This document shows positions 38,797-52,440 of a DNA stretch of 64,000 nt, in pieces (the stretch's first letter is position 1; every line of letters starts with the position of its first letter). A program made the translations under genes and the position numbers. The notes beneath the pieces were generated by a model. The model made no database searches and was not told the origin of the DNA. It worked only from the letters and a program-made list of their open reading frames with translations. The DNA lies in NCBI RefSeq assembly GCF_004010195.1, contig NC_057753.1, forward strand, positions 7,312,130 through 7,376,129, read 5' to 3'. This DNA is from Chiloscyllium plagiosum. Lineage: Eukaryota.

Positions 38797-41700
38797 TTTC
38801 ACGAAGATAATCTTTTTTCCCCCCCTAAAAGCGGTTCCTTGGCTCATGGATACTTTGTCCTTGATTTGTATTTCCAGCATTTTAATAAACCAGGCCGGCT
38901 CTGATCAAACTGATTTGGTATAGAGATTAAAATGTATTGAGGGGCCTTTTTGTTTATATGTAAACAGATTAGACTTCAGGCCAAAGTGGTCATGTTTTAG
39001 AAGTGACCTGTAGAAAGAAAGGGGAGTGGTCAGCTCTCTAGTTGAGCTGAGCAGTTTAATCCAGTCCAGTACTGGTTGTGAGTTCAACAGTGAGCTGTGT
39101 GGAAACCCTCTCTCTCTACTAACTTCAAGCTGTGATCATGTGTTCCATTCGTACTGGTTTTTAAAGGTGTTTGCTTATTGGGACTGTTGTGTATATTCGG
39201 AACAGCATACTTAAGTTTAGTCTGGATATACAGTGATCTGTAGGGGGTCTTTATTCTGTTCTTCGAGTTTCATTGAGTAATTTTGTGGTTTTTCTTAATC
39301 TCGCTAACTTAATCTGGGTAATTTTCAATATACTCTTACTGAAACAAATTGCAAATTTATGGGTTGCCTGCTTAAGAATGTTTTGATTGGTCTAGCCTAG
39401 TCCATAACAGACTGGGGGCTTTTGCGGGATTTTAAACAGCGAATGGTAGGTGCTAATGTCTTTATTTCGGGTGTTGGTTTAGTTGGGTAGACAGAGTTTG
39501 GGATAGTAATGCCTCTTTCTGTTGCCAAATGTTTTCTGGATGTGGATACGGTGACTTTCAAAGTTTTGCAAAAAGTGAATAAGAACATGCTGCAGGAATT
39601 AGCAGAGAAGCTGGAATTGGAAATGCCTGCTCCTGTGAGGAACGGAGAGATCATTACAACAGTCGTTCAACATTTAAATTCGCTGGAAAAAAAAACAACC
39701 AATTCTCTAGAGATATCAATAATTCAATTGCAAATGAAGCAGCTTGAGTTAGAGGCGAGTGGTAAGGAAACGGCCACAGAAATGAAACAGTTTGAGTTAT
39801 GATTAAAAACAGAAGAGAGGGAAACAGAGAGAGCAAAGAAAGAAAAAGAGAAAGCTTTTGAACTTCAAATACGGACAGTTAAAAAGGAAAGTCAACTTCA
39901 AAGGCTGAAGGTAACCTGAGCGAGGAATTAGTGCGAACTCATGTGGAAGAGCAGCTGGTTAAAACAGCAAGGTTAGCAGCTGAACTGACTGATGATTATG
40001 AGGTGGTCCATAGAACTCGGTTTGGCGTCCAGAATCCATTTTAATCCATAACGGATAGAAATTGGGGCAAACAGAAATCCTCACGGGGAAAGGGAAAGGT
40101 AGATCTCAGTGAAGATCATAAGAATAATTTGCCACAGGGTTAAATAGAAACCCTTGAAGGGGAAAAAAAGAAGTTTAAAAAGCTCCAGTATTTTCATTGT
40201 AATCAAGTAGAACACAAAATCTTGGTGTTGGTGGGCTAGGAGAAAACCAGATGTAACAAAACAATACAAGCCTGTAACATTTGTTGGAACAGTAACAAAA
40301 ATCACAAGGGAAGTTCGACAACTTCTTCAGAATGTAAAAGATGACGAGAGGTTGGCTAAGGAGGAAGTGCCAGATTTGCTTAAAAATATGCATGCAAGAG
40401 TAAAGTTTATTCAGTTAGGCCAGGAGTAGTACGTAAGGAGTTTACAATATTAAGGGCCACAAGATTTTCTCAGTCTGTAATGCTGAAGGGTGAAGAGATG
40501 TGTACTCCTGATGGACTTTTGTCAGGAAAGGTACTGGCAACAGGAATTCATGGTGAGACAAAAGTGCTCAGTATGTAAAGTGAGACTAGAGAGTCAAGAG
40601 CAGAGTGGAGAATTTGTGATAGGAGTACCGCACAAACTCTCAGCTCCAGGAATACGATTTGTCCTTGCAAATGATATAGCTGATTCACTGGTAGGCGTGC
40701 TGCCTACTCTAGTTGAAAAGCCAGTGGAGACACAGGAAACTGAAGACATGGAGAATGTTTACCCACAAATATTCACGTCATCACAGAGGCTCAAGTTGAC
40801 GTCGGAGGGATCAAAAGGCACAGATAATGAAGCTGACGTAATGTTATCCGAGATATTTTTGATCAGATAAGGAGCAAATACGTAAACATGCCAGCGTCTT
40901 TAGCTCTGCTAAGCTGATTAAATTACAGCAGAAAGATGAGAACTTAAACAATCACATGAAAACGCATTTACAGAAAAGGAAAGCAAATGCATTCCTGTGT
41001 GTCATTACTTAACAAATGATGTCTTAATGAGGAAATAGAGACCATCACTCATTCGAGCAGATGAGAAGTGGTTCGAGATTCATTAAATTGCTTTGCCAGT
41101 AGGGTATAGAAAGGAGCTGCTGCAAGTGGCTCATGAGCTATCACTTGGAGGTCATTTAGGGGTGAGGAAAACAAAGGCTATAATGCAAATACATTTTTAC
41201 TGGCCTGGACTATACAAAATTGCAGTTGAACTTTGCCAGACATGGCATACATCTGCTAATCGGAAGACTATAGGCAGTAATAAAGCCTTTACCTTTAATA
41301 TCTATTCAAGCATTTCAGGAACCTTTCACAAGAGTCTTGATTGATTGCATAGGTCCCCGACGTCAAACAAAACGTGTAAATAAGTATGTATTAACAATAA
41401 TTGATGTGTCAACTAGATTTTCAGCGGCAGTCCCATTATGCAACATCACAGCTAAAAGCGTTATAGAAGAATTACTTAAATCTTTTACGAGATACAGACT
41501 GCCAATAGAGATCCAGTCACATCGAGGAACAAGCTTTACATCCAAACTATTCAAGATAGTTGTAGGTAACTTGGAAATAAAACAATTCAAATCTACTGCG
41601 TACTATCCAGAATCGCAGGGAGCACTTGAGAGATGGCATCAAACATGAAATACCATGTTTAGGGCTCATAGTCAGGGTTATCCAGATGATTGGGTTAAGG

Positions 41701-43723
41701 GAGTTCTTTTCGTATTTTTTTTTGCGATCAGAGATGCACCGAATGAATCGACCAAATTCAGTCCATTTTACTTTTTTTTTGGTGGGAGGGGGTGGCATGA
41801 AGTAAGAAGACAGTTAAAATTGATTAAGGAGAAATTAATAAGTCAGAATTCAGTGACCACTCTTTTGGTCTATGTGTCAAATTTTAGAGAACGACTAAAT
41901 AGAGCTGGAAAATTGGCTAACATTTAAAAGTATCACAGTATACAATGAAACAAGAAGCATATACAAAATCACAAATTCACAATTTCGCAGTTGGGGTAAG
42001 TATTAGTTTTACTTCCAGTGACAAGTGAGCCTTTAAAAGCAACGTTTAGTGGAACTTATCCAATTGAGAGGAAATTGATTGAAGTGAACTACTTGATAAG
42101 AACTCCATACAGGAAGAACTCTCACAGAGTGTGTCATGTGAATGTGCTCAAATGTATTTTGATAAGGAAGGAAAGCAAGAGGAGAAGGTGTTAATGATTA
42201 CAGCATAGAAGAAAGAATTAAGTTCAGATGATTCCGAATTGGCATTCCTCAAATCAAATTGAACAATGAGGAAGTTGTCAAACATTGGATTAAATTATTG
42301 AGTTACATTCCACAAGAAAATCAAAATGGCCTGAAGAGTTTTTGTTATTACATGGGGAAATATGCTGAAATAAACTTGGAAGTACTAACCTAATTGTGCA
42401 AATAAAAGAGATAGGGGATGCTGTTTTGAGTAAGCAACACAATTAGAGAAAAAAATCACCCTCTAAAGTTGGCACTGTTCAGAAGGAGATAGAACGCATT
42501 CTGCAAGATGGCATAATTGAAGTAAGTTACAGTGACTGGAGCTCCCCCATAGACATAGTGCCAAAGCCAGATGGTACTCAACGGTTCTGCAACAGTGTAG
42601 AGTGTCGCAGAATCAATGCCATTACAAAGACTGATGCATATCCAATTCCACGGTTGGAGGACTGTGTCGAAAAAGTGAGACAAGCAAATTACATTTCTAA
42701 GTTGGATTTGTTGAGAGGTACTGGCAAGTGCCTCTGTCAGAGACAGGAAATGCAGTTTCGGCTTTGGTAACGCCAAATGGAATATATCAGTTCAAATTTA
42801 TGCCATTAGGTATGATAAACGCTCCAGCCACATTTCAGAGACTGACTAATTAGGTCATTGCTGGACTACCCAACTGTGTTGTCGATATTGATGACATGGT
42901 GATTTTTAGTTAGTCGTGGAAAGGACATTTAGAGCATTTATTGGACTTGTTTGATCGACTTTGGAAAGCAGGCTTGTCGATAAACCTAGCTAAAAGCAAA
43001 TTTGCCAAATTCCAAGTCATCTTCCTGGGCCATGTTATTGAACATAGACAAATGGCCCTACGAGATGCAAAAATTGAAGGAATTGGGATATTTCCCACAC
43101 AGTCTTCGAAAAAACAAAGCAGCACCACGGTACCTAGGATTGAGTGGATTTCACCAAAAACTTATGCTGCAATTTAGCAGCGTGGTTACTCCACTTACAG
43201 AATTGTTTAAAAAACGGCAAGAAGTTTCAGCAGACTGTCGAAACATTTGGCAGCCTAAAATCTTTACTAACCACTGCCCCGGTATTAGCTACAGTGGATT
43301 ACATGAAGCCTTTCAAATTGGCTATTGATGCCAGTGATGTGGGTGTCCATGTGATATTCCTGAAGGTGGATGACGAAAGGATATAAAGACCCGTCAGGTA
43401 TTTTTCCAAGATTTTGAACGTTCATCAACAGAAATATTCGGCGGTGGAGAAAGAAACTTTAAGCTTGGTCCTTGCATTACAGATTTTCAGTGCTTGTATG
43501 ACCAGTAATGCATCTGGGTCAATCGTATACACTGATCATAACCCAATGAAATTTATGGAAAAAATTAAGGACAAAATGCCAGATTGGTTAGATGGAGCTT
43601 GTTGCTCAATGTGACAATTGTGTATGTGGCAGGTTGCAAAAACATGATGGCTGATGCGTTTGAGATACAGAGGCAATCGGTGGTGGGTGTACTGTGGCCT
43701 GAATTTGCATGTTTATAGTCCGG

Positions 43724-43754
<31 letters not shown>

Positions 43755-44208
43755 AGTAACCGTTTTTTGAACGGTTAAAATAAGCCATTTGTTTATACTG
43801 GTGGTTCTTTTTTTAATCAGGGAGATGTCACAAAGCTAGTTTTTTTTTCTAAAAGCTGTCCCTTAGATCAGGGACACTCTCTTTTTGATTTTTTTTTCAG
43901 AGAACCAATAAACCAGGCTGACTCTGATCAAGTTGGTTTGGTGCAGAGATTAAAGTGTATTGAGAGGCATTTTTTGTATATTTGTAAGCAGATGAGACTT
44001 CAGGCCGAAGTGGTCATGTTTTAGATGTGACCTGTAGAATGAAAAGAGAGGAGTCAGTTCTCTGGCTGAGCCAAACAGTTTAATTCAGTTTAATTCACTG
44101 GTTGTGAGTTCAGCAGTGATTAGTGTGTAAACTCTCTCTCTCTCTCTCTATCTATTCTGTCTATCTATCTATCCTGTCTATCTATCTATTCTGTCTGTCT
44201 ATCTGTCG

Positions 44209-44252
<44 letters not shown>

Positions 44253-44576
44253 CTTCTAACTTCAACCTATGAGCATATGTTCCATTTGTACTGTTTTTTT
44301 TAAAGGGTTTGATTATTGGGAATGTTGCATATATTCGTAACAGCATACTTAAGTCAAGTCTGGATATGTTGAGTTCTTTAGGGGTTCTTTATTCTGTTCT
44401 TCGAGTTTCATTGTGTAATTGTGTGAATTTCTTTTTTGCCTGTTTTAAACTTGGTAGTCAACCTTGCTAACTTAATTTGGGTAATTTTCACTGCACACTC
44501 ATTGACACAATTGCAAAGTTATGGTCTGGGCTGCTTGCTTAAGAATGTTTTGAGTGGTGTAGCCTAGTCTATAACA
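38797..44576 (+). mobile_element. Gmr1-like Gypsy LTR retrotransposon C, near full length, pseudogenised
   Basis: 5' LTR 38797-39409 and 3' LTR 43826-44576 (TG...TAACA). PBS 39413-39430, gag 39509-, integrase 41093-41930 ('HELSLGGHLG', 'IDCIGP..IDVSTRF'), RT ~42480-43100, RNase H ~43290-43600 ('FKLAIDASDVG', 'EKETL', 'YTDHNP'), PPT before 43826. Flanks ttag/gtag. Confidence 0.92.
39413..39430 (+). promoter_or_regulatory. Primer-binding site, tRNA-Pro type
   Basis: tgggggcttttgcgggat vs the tRNA-Pro complement TGGGGGCTCGTCCGGGAT, 3 nt after the LTR end. Confidence 0.75.
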
Positions 44577-44629
44577 GTAGGAACAAGAATCTCTTTTATG
44601 TCTCAGATAAATAAATGACCCAGAGAACC

Positions 44630-46200
44630 AAAAGCCATTCAGGTGGACAAATCACCAGGACCGGATGGGATCTATCCCAGGATACTGAGGGAGGCGAGTG
44701 AGGAAATAGCTGGGCTTTAACAGATGCCTTTGCCGTATTCTTGAACACGGGGGAGGTCCCAGATGACTGGAAAATTGCAAATATCGCCCCCTTTTTTCAG
44801 AAGGTTAGCAGGGATAATCCAGGTAATTTCCGACTGGTAAGCTGGCTTCAATGGTAGGGAATCGACTGGAGAAGATGTGAAGGGATAACATATGTACCCA
44901 TTGGGAAGAAAATGGGCTTATCAGTGATGGGCAGTATGATTTTGTGAAGGGAAAATTATGTCTCACAAACCTAATGGAATTATTTGAAGGGGTGACAACG
45001 TTGATTGATGAGAGAAGGGATATCGATGCCATATACACGGACTTTAGTAAGGGATTTGATAAGGTTCCCCATGTAGGCTGATGAAGAAGGTGAAGTTGCC
45101 TGTGTCCAGGGTGTTCTAGCTGGATGGATAGAGAACTGTTTGGGCAACAGGAGACAGAGAGTAGTAGTGGAAGGGAGTTTCTTTAAAGGTAGACCTGTGA
45201 CCAGTGGTGTCTCACAGGGATCCGTGCTGGGACCACTATTGTTTGTGATATACACAACTGATTTAGAGGAAGGTGTAGGTTGCCTTATTAGCAAGTTTGC
45301 AGATTACACAAAGAATGTTAGAGTATCAGATAGTGAAGGGGACTGTCAGAAAATACAGCAGTATATAGATAGATTGCAGAGTTGGCTAAGAAATGGCAGA
45401 TAGCATTCAATCCAGACGAATGGAAGGTGATGCATTATGGAATGTACAATTCCAGAGCGAACTATACAGTAAATGGAAAAATCCTGGGGAAAATTGATGT
45501 ACGGAGAGATCTGTGTGTTCAGGTCCATTGTTCCCTGAAGCTGGAAATGCAGCTCAGTAGAGTGGTCAAGAAGGCATACGGCATCCTTTCCTTCATCAGA
45601 TGGAGTATTGAGTGCAAGAGTTGGCAGGTCATGTTGCAATTGTATAAGACTCTAGTTTGACAACATTTGGAATACTGCATACAGTTCTGGTCGCCACATT
45701 ACCAAAATGACGTGGATACATTGGAGAGGGTGCAGAGGAGGTTCACCAGGATGTTGCCTGGTATGGAATGTGCTAGCTATTAGGAGAGGTTGAGTAGATT
45801 ATGATTGTTTTCGTGAGAAATAAGGCAATCTGGGGGGTCCTGATTGAGGCCGACAAAGTTGTGAGAGGTGTACACAGGGTGGATAGCCAGAAACTTTTTT
45901 TCTCAGAGTGGAGGACTCAATTACTATGGGTCACAAGTTCAAAATGAGAGGGGAAAAGTTTAGGGGAGATAAACGTGGAAATTTATTTACACAGAGGGTA
46001 GTGGGTATTTGGAACGTGTTGCCAGCGGAGGTGGTAGCATCATTTAAGATGTATGTTGACAGATACATGAATGGAGAAGGAGCAAAGGGATACAGATCCT
46101 TTGAAAGTAGACAGCAGATTTAGATAGAGGATATGGATCGGTGCAGGCTTGGAGGGCCGAAGGGCATGTTCCTGCACTGTAATGTTCTTTGTTCTTTCTT
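44630..46200 (+). mobile_element. CR1 LINE, RT through 3' UTR, decayed
   Basis: 'KSPGPDGIYP', 'RRQRVVVEG...VTSGVSQGSVLGPLLF..Y...SKFADYT', 'FTQRVVGIWN', 3' end 'gggccgaaggg...ctgtaatgttct'. Confidence 0.9.
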
Positions 46201-46626
46201 CTTTGTTCAACATTAGAGTCAATGTCCCAGCTTCTTAAAGAAAGTGACGGCGCATTAACTGTCTCTACTCAGTGAGACAATCCTCTCTTTATTTCTGCTT
46301 CCCAAATAGTTTCTAAAGGTTCACAAATGTGAAGACTGCGTTTGCCGTTTTGCTTTCTTTCTGTTTCCAGGATCGGCAGTGAATGGGTCAGTGGGTTTTG
46401 GAAATTGAAATCTGCATGCGAACACCTTGTGTGATCATTTGAGCTCACTGTTCATTTTATGTCACACCCACGGTTCTCATTGCCAGTATCCCACGTAAAG
46501 CTGCTGTTTATTGGAGAAATGTGTCTGGGGACAGAAGTCGATGTGAAGAAATGGCACAAGTAGCGGGTATAATCCTAGATGTACACAGTGCGGGTGGCTT
46601 ATTTTTCGACTGGACTTATCATTCAC

Positions 46627-46662
46627 ATTTGGTGTTTTCACTGCCATGGTCCAGATTCGATC
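46627..46662 (+). pseudogene. tRNA-Glu(TTC) remnant (anticodon and T arm)
   Basis: 'att tggtg ttttcac tgcca tggt ccaga ttcgat' reads as a CpG-decayed 'ATT CGGCG CTTTCAC CGCCG CGGC CCGGG TTCGAT'. Confidence 0.45.
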
Positions 46663-46999
46663 TGTACATAAAGCTAATTGTTTAATTTCTAGCAATAAAT
46701 ATGAAACATTGACTGAACTTTAGAAGTAGTATTACGTCATGGTCCAGAATCGCTTCACTGCATGCTACATTTCACCTTAGGAGTATCATCTGCAAATGCT
46801 TGACGTGCATCAGACAAGAACAGAGGGTACCACAGGATAGGTGAAGGGCAGTGGTGGTTTGTGGGGTGACTCTAGGCCTAGTAGAACCGGGCTCAATTGA
46901 GATGCTGAAGATTGGTTTACACTGTATACCATGGCACACTGACATGTCTCAACAAGTCAGGGCACATGAACGATCCTCCGGGTCCAGCGCGGAATATGA

Positions 47000-47460
47000 T
47001 CATAGAATCCTTACAGTGTGGAAACAGGCCATCTGGTCCAACACGTCCACACTGAATTCCGAAGAGTGACCCACCCAGACCCATTCTCCTATCCGATTAC
47101 TCTACATTTCTCATAACTAATGCACCTAACTGACACACCCCTGAAAACCATGAGCAATTTAGCATGGCTAATTCACCAAATCTGCACATAGAACATAGAA
47201 CATAGAAGAATACAGCGCAGTACAGGCCCTTTGGCCCTCGATGTTGCGCCGATCCAAGCCCACCTAACCTATACTAACCCACTATCCTCCATATACCTTT
47301 AGTCTGGGAGGAAACCGGAGCATCCAGATGAAATTCCCGAGACATGGGGAGAATATGCAAACTCCACACAGGCAGTCACTTGAGGGTGAAGTCAAAACTG
47401 GGTCCCTGGCCTTGACAAGCAGCAGGGCTAACCATTGATCCAGCATGCCGCCGTACTGCC
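47000..47460 (-). mobile_element. HE1-type SINE interrupted by a young CR1 tail (47186-47296)
   Basis: SINE tail at ~47000 and head at ~47455. The inserted segment matches 5003-5115. Confidence 0.8.
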
Positions 47461-48661
47461 CACTCATGCGGTTAATATCTGTCCTAGAATGTCAAGGGTG
47501 GAGTTTTTAAACTCCCTTTTGAGATGGGATTAGCATTTTCAGGCAGCAAACTTCAAATTAGAGAACTATTTCTTTCTTATGAATGTTTATCTTGTAATGA
47601 TAGCGATGATTTCTAAGCTTATTGGAAGAGGATTTGCAGATCAGAACCTGAAACCATACATCAAGATTTGATAGTGTCACCTGATGCGTTATTCATTCAT
47701 CCCTAGATATTATTGACTTTTGAACGTAAGTATTGAATAAAATGATTTAACATCAAATTCCTTCTTTACATTTTTCAGTAACTCTTGTTCAATATCTTAA
47801 GTCTGCATCTTTAACACTATTATTATCACTAAATGGAAATGGCTGCTCTTTGTCCACATTATCTAAATCTAACATAAACTTAGATAGATGCATCAAATCT
47901 CACCTCAATCCCCTTTGCTCCATGCAGAGCAACTGAAACTAACTGAAACTACCTTAGCAGAGAAGAAGTGGGATTCTGAATAAGACAGGAGCCATGGAAA
48001 AGTCAGGGGAAAATGCATTAGCTAACGAGAGCAAGTTTACTATTCGAGATAGCAAGGGGCACGGTAAAGGGAGGGAAAGTTTTCTGATTTAAAGTGCACT
48101 TATTTCAATGCATAAGGCCTGACTGATAAGGCAGATGAGCTCAGAGCATAGGTTGGATGTAGGGATTGGCATATTATAGCCATAACAAAAACATAGCCGC
48201 GGGAAACTCAGGGCGGACAGCTCAGAGTTCCAAGATGCAGGAGCTACAGATATGACAGAAGTACAAGTGAGGAAGGGGAGTTGCCCCTTTGATAAGAGAG
48301 GACATAACAACAGTACTTAGAACAAAGAAAAAGTACAGCACAGAACAAGCCCTTTGGCCCACGATGTTGTGCTGAGGATTAATCCTAATGTAAAATAAAA
48401 TAAATTAACCGACGCACCCCTCAGTTCACTGCTATCCATGTGCATGTCCAGCAGTCACTTAGATTTCCCCAATGACTCTGCTTCCACCACCACAGCTGGC
48501 AATGCATTCCATGCATTTCCAACTCTCTGCGTAAAGAACCTACCTCTGACGTCTCCTTTATACCTTTCTCCTTATATTTTAAAACTGTGACCCCTCGTAC
48601 CAGTCAATCCTGCTGTGAGAAAACGTATCTGGCTATTGACTCTATCCATGCTTCTCATTAC

Positions 48662-48883
48662 CTTTCATGATTTGGAGATGCCGGTGTTGGGCTGGGGTAT
48701 ACAAAGTTAAAAATCACACAACACCAGGTTATAGTCCAACAGGTTTAATTGGAAGCACTAGCTTTCGGAGCGACGCTCCTTCATCAAGTGATTGTGCAAT
48801 CACCTGATGAAGGAGCGTCGCTCCGAAAGCTAGTGCTTCCAATTAAACCTGTTGGACTATAACCTGGTGTTGTGGATTTTTAA
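48662..48883. mobile_element. Fold-back palindromic Penelope-like insertion, family 2 (~220 bp)
   Basis: Near-perfect inverted arms centred on 'gtgattgtgcaatcac' (48788-48803). TSD tctcattac (48653-48661 / 48884-48892). Confidence 0.88.
48801..48835 (+). ncRNA. Minimal hammerhead ribozyme motif (PLE family 2)
   Basis: Identical to 37264-37298. The mirror copy on the minus strand has C3->T. Confidence 0.75.
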
Positions 48884-49410
48884 TCTCATTACTTTGTATA
48901 CCTCAATCAGGTCACCCCCTTTTCCTCCTTCTCTCCAGACGAGCTTAGTCAACCTCTCTTCATAATGCAAGCCCTCCAGTCCAGGCAGCATCCTAGTAAA
49001 CCTTCTTTGCACCCTCTCCAAAGCCTCTCTATCTTCCCTATAGTAGGAGAATATTCTCAAGAAGCCATCAAATGAGGTCAAATAGTTGGAACCTCGAAAC
49101 AAGAAGGAGATGGTCACTCTGTTGAGAATGAATTATAGACCCCAAAATAGCCAATGGATACTGGAAGAGCAAATGTTTAGAGAGATTGCAGGTACATGTC
49201 AGAATAATAGAGCAGTGTCGGTGAGATGCTTTAAAGTTTGATTGTGTGAGTCTGCTGAAGGAAAAGAAACCACTGGCAAATGGGAAGCTTTCACACCTGG
49301 GATATCAAGAGTTCATGGACAGTATGTGGCTGTTAGGATGAAGGGAAAAGCTGGCAGGTTTAGGGATCCCTGGCTGATGAGGGATATTTAGGCTCTGGTC
49401 AGGAAAAAAG

Positions 49411-49616
49411 GAGAAAGTGAGGACTGCAGATGCTGGAGACCAGAATTGGAAAGTGTGGTGCTGGAAAGGTGAAGCAGGCCAGGCAGCATCCGAGGAGCAG
49501 GAGAATCGACGTTTCAGGCATATGTCCTTCGAAGGACTTATGCCCGAAACGTCGATTCTCCTGCTCCTCGGATGCTGCCTGGCCTGCTTCGCCTTTGCAG
49601 CACCACACTTTTCAAC
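49411..49616. mobile_element. Fold-back palindromic Penelope-like insertion, family 1 (~205 bp)
   Basis: Inverted arms centred on 'ccttcgaagg' (49526-49535). 12-bp TSD tcaggaaaaaag (49399-49410 / 49617-49628). Confidence 0.9.
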
Positions 49617-49859
49617 TCAGGAAAAAAGAAGCATACATTGGATGTAAGCTATCTGGCTCAAGTGAATCCTTAAGTGACCATAAAAAGTGCAGGAGCACAC
49701 TTGAGAGGGAAAGCAGAAGAACCAAAAGAGGGAATGTGATGGATCTGGCAATTAAGATTAAAGATATTCCCAAGAAGTTCTATAGATACATTACAAGTAA
49801 AAGGGTGTCTGGGAGATAATAGGTCCCCTTAAAAGTCAACATGGCCGTCTTTGTGCTGT

Positions 49860-52440
49860 GTGAAACATGGCGCCAAATTAAACTATTCCTATCTGCCTGC
49901 CTTGGTCCATATCTCTCAATTTATTGCATATTCATGTGCTTTTTCCAAAGGTCCCTTAAATATTTCTATCACGTCTGCTCCTCCACTACACCTTGCAGCG
50001 TTCTCTTGTGTAAAAACGTGCCCCTCACAACTTCGTTGAACTTCATCCCTCTTACATTAACTGCTTGACCCTAACTTTAGACATTTTATTTCCTCTAGGA
50101 AATGGATGTTGACTTCTTAAGCTGCCTATGCATTTCATAGCTTCATGGACTTCTCCCAAGTCTCCCTTCAGCCTCTGCCACTCGAGACAAAACAATCTAA
50201 TATATTCCAGCCCCTCCTTGTAGCTCATACTGGTTCATCTAGGTCACATCCTGGTAAACCTCTTCTGCACTATCTCTGAAACCTCCACTATTCCAAGGTG
50301 ATTCTTGTGCTCAATTCTCTAACGAGTAAAAGGGAAGCATACTGTAAGCCTTCGTCACCAAATCATCTGTGTATCTGGCCACTTTTGTGGAGGTGAACCC
50401 CAAGATCCCTCTGTCCATCAATGTTGTTCAGTTACCTTCCATTAACTGCATACGTTTTCTTAATAATTAATCTCACAAAGTGCAGCAGGCAACACTTAAT
50501 CGGATTATCTCCATCTGCCATTTCTCCACCTATATCTGTGACCGATCGATATTCCACAGTATCCATTGACAACCTTCTACACTATCTACAACTTCATAGA
50601 TCTCTGAACAAAACAACAAGGTTCTGAGGCAGGGTCACCAGACCCGAAACATTAACTTTGACTTTTTTTCACAGCTGCTGCAAGGCTTGCTAGGCTTTTC
50701 CAGTAACTTGTGTCTTCCCCCCCACCCCCACCCCCACCCCCCACAGGGCTTTGTATATCTGCAAACATGCTAACAGATCCACACACATTCTCATCTAAGT
50801 CATATATGAAAACCACTAGTCACGGATTTCAAGCCGGAAGAACACCTTAAAACCATTACCCTCTGCCTTCTATGGTTAGGCCAATTCTGAATCACGCTGC
50901 CAGGGTACCTTGGATTTCATGCATAATAATCTTCTGGATGAGGCAACTGTGAGGGATATTGCTGAAAACCTTTCTCAGCTCCATGTAGACAATATCCACT
51001 ACTCTTCCCTCATCAATCATCTTTGTAACATTCTCAAAGTATTCAATCAACTTCGTAAGATATGACTAGCCTATCACAAAGCTTAAGTCTAATGAGGGCA
51101 TTTTGTTCCCCTAAATGCACATAAATCCTTTCACTCAGAATCATCTCAAATAGCTTTGCATCCATGAATGTGAAACTCACCAGTCTATGATATCCTGGAT
51201 TGTTCCTCTTTCCGTTCTTCAACACACAACATTAGCTACTCGCCAGTCCTGCAGGACTTCTTCAGTGGCTGCCAAGGATGCAAAGACCTTTGTCAAGACC
51301 CCAACAAAGTCCTGTCTTGCCTCTCAACAGCCTGGTTTAGGTATGATCAGGCGCTGAGGTCCTATCTACCTTAATGCGCTTCAAGAGCTTCTTTCTTGAC
51401 ATCAAAATGCCCCAGCATATTAGTCCACGCCATGCAAATCTTGTTATCCCCCTGTATCGTTGTCTTGGGTGAACACCAATGCAACATACTCCTTTAGGAT
51501 CTCGTCCACATCCTCTGCCTGCAACCAGATTTTCTCTCCTTTACCCTGGAGTGGCCCTACCTTCTCCCTAGTTGTCATTTATTTTTAATGTTTATGTGGA
51601 ACGCCCTGGACTTCTCTTGAACCCTACTTGCCAAACTCGGTTCACTGTCCCATCTTGCTCTGCTAATTCTCTGCTTAATTTTTTGCCTGCTGTCTTTATA
51701 TTCCTCCTCGGCTCTGTCAGATTTTAGCTTCCTCAACCTAACATTGCTTTTTTTCCCCCCTTTTGACTACATTCAAATCTTCCACCGTAACCCAAGTGCA
51801 CCTTGCATTTTCATCCTCCTCCTTCCTCCATACTGGAACATGTTGGTCCTGAACTCTGATCAAGCAACTTCCACCTGTCAAATGTGGACTTGCCAGAAAA
51901 CACACCCTCCCAGTTAACACTTCCTCGCTCCTGCCTGAGACTGATGTAATTTGCCCTCCCCCAATTTATAACCTTCCAAAAGGTCCTGCTTTATCGTTAT
52001 TTGTAGCTATTGAAAACTTAATGAGTTGCGACCAGTTTCCAAACTGCTTTCCAACTGAAAGGTCAGTCACCTGACCAGGCTCATTGGCCAATTCAGTTTC
52101 CCAAAGTTCCCATTACGTCCTTGTATGCACTTGATTAAGCCCCGGAAATTAATCCATCTCTGGTTCTTTTTTTAAAAAAAAGAAAACATCCATCACTTTC
52201 TCTTTTGTAATGTGGACTGTTTTCAAGACATCAAAATTTACTCGTCGAGTTCAATTGCCTCCATTTCTTTCTTCAAAGTAAATGCAGATGCGAACTATTC
52301 ACTTAGTATCTCTCCCCTCTCCTTTCCTTCAACGGATAAGCAATATTGTTGATTTTAGAGGTCCCTATTCGCTCTCAATTGTTCTTTTTCTCTTAATGCA
52401 CATACAGAATCGTTTTGGAATATTCTTAAACTTCCGCATT
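49860..52440 (-). mobile_element. Old CR1 LINE ORF2 remnants
   Basis: 'KNGKRNNPGYHRLVSFT..KLFEMIL..RIYVHL' (51043-51225) plus RT and 3' UTR-like sequence toward 49860. A family-3 PLE end is nested at ~50623-50710. Confidence 0.7.

Larger units (their letters stand above)
48318..49045 (-). mobile_element. CR1 LINE 3' fragment hosting a PLE palindrome
   Basis: 'YYREDREALERVQRRFTRMLPGL...YEERL...GDLIEVYK' plus 3' UTR 'tacagcacagaacaagccctttggccc'. Confidence 0.8.
47950..49850 (+). mobile_element. Old CR1 LINE endonuclease region, interrupted by later insertions
   Basis: 'ttatttcaatgcataaggcctgactgataaggcagatgagctcag' (ORF2 start, homologous to the reverse complement of 54130-54190), continuing at 49045-49410 and 49629-49850. 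Confidence 0.7.

Noticed and set aside
48662..49616. Palindromes as pre-miRNAs or DNA-transposon MITEs
   Set aside because: Arms are asymmetric, TSD length varies, and the sequence matches PLE termini linked to a GIY-YIG ORF.
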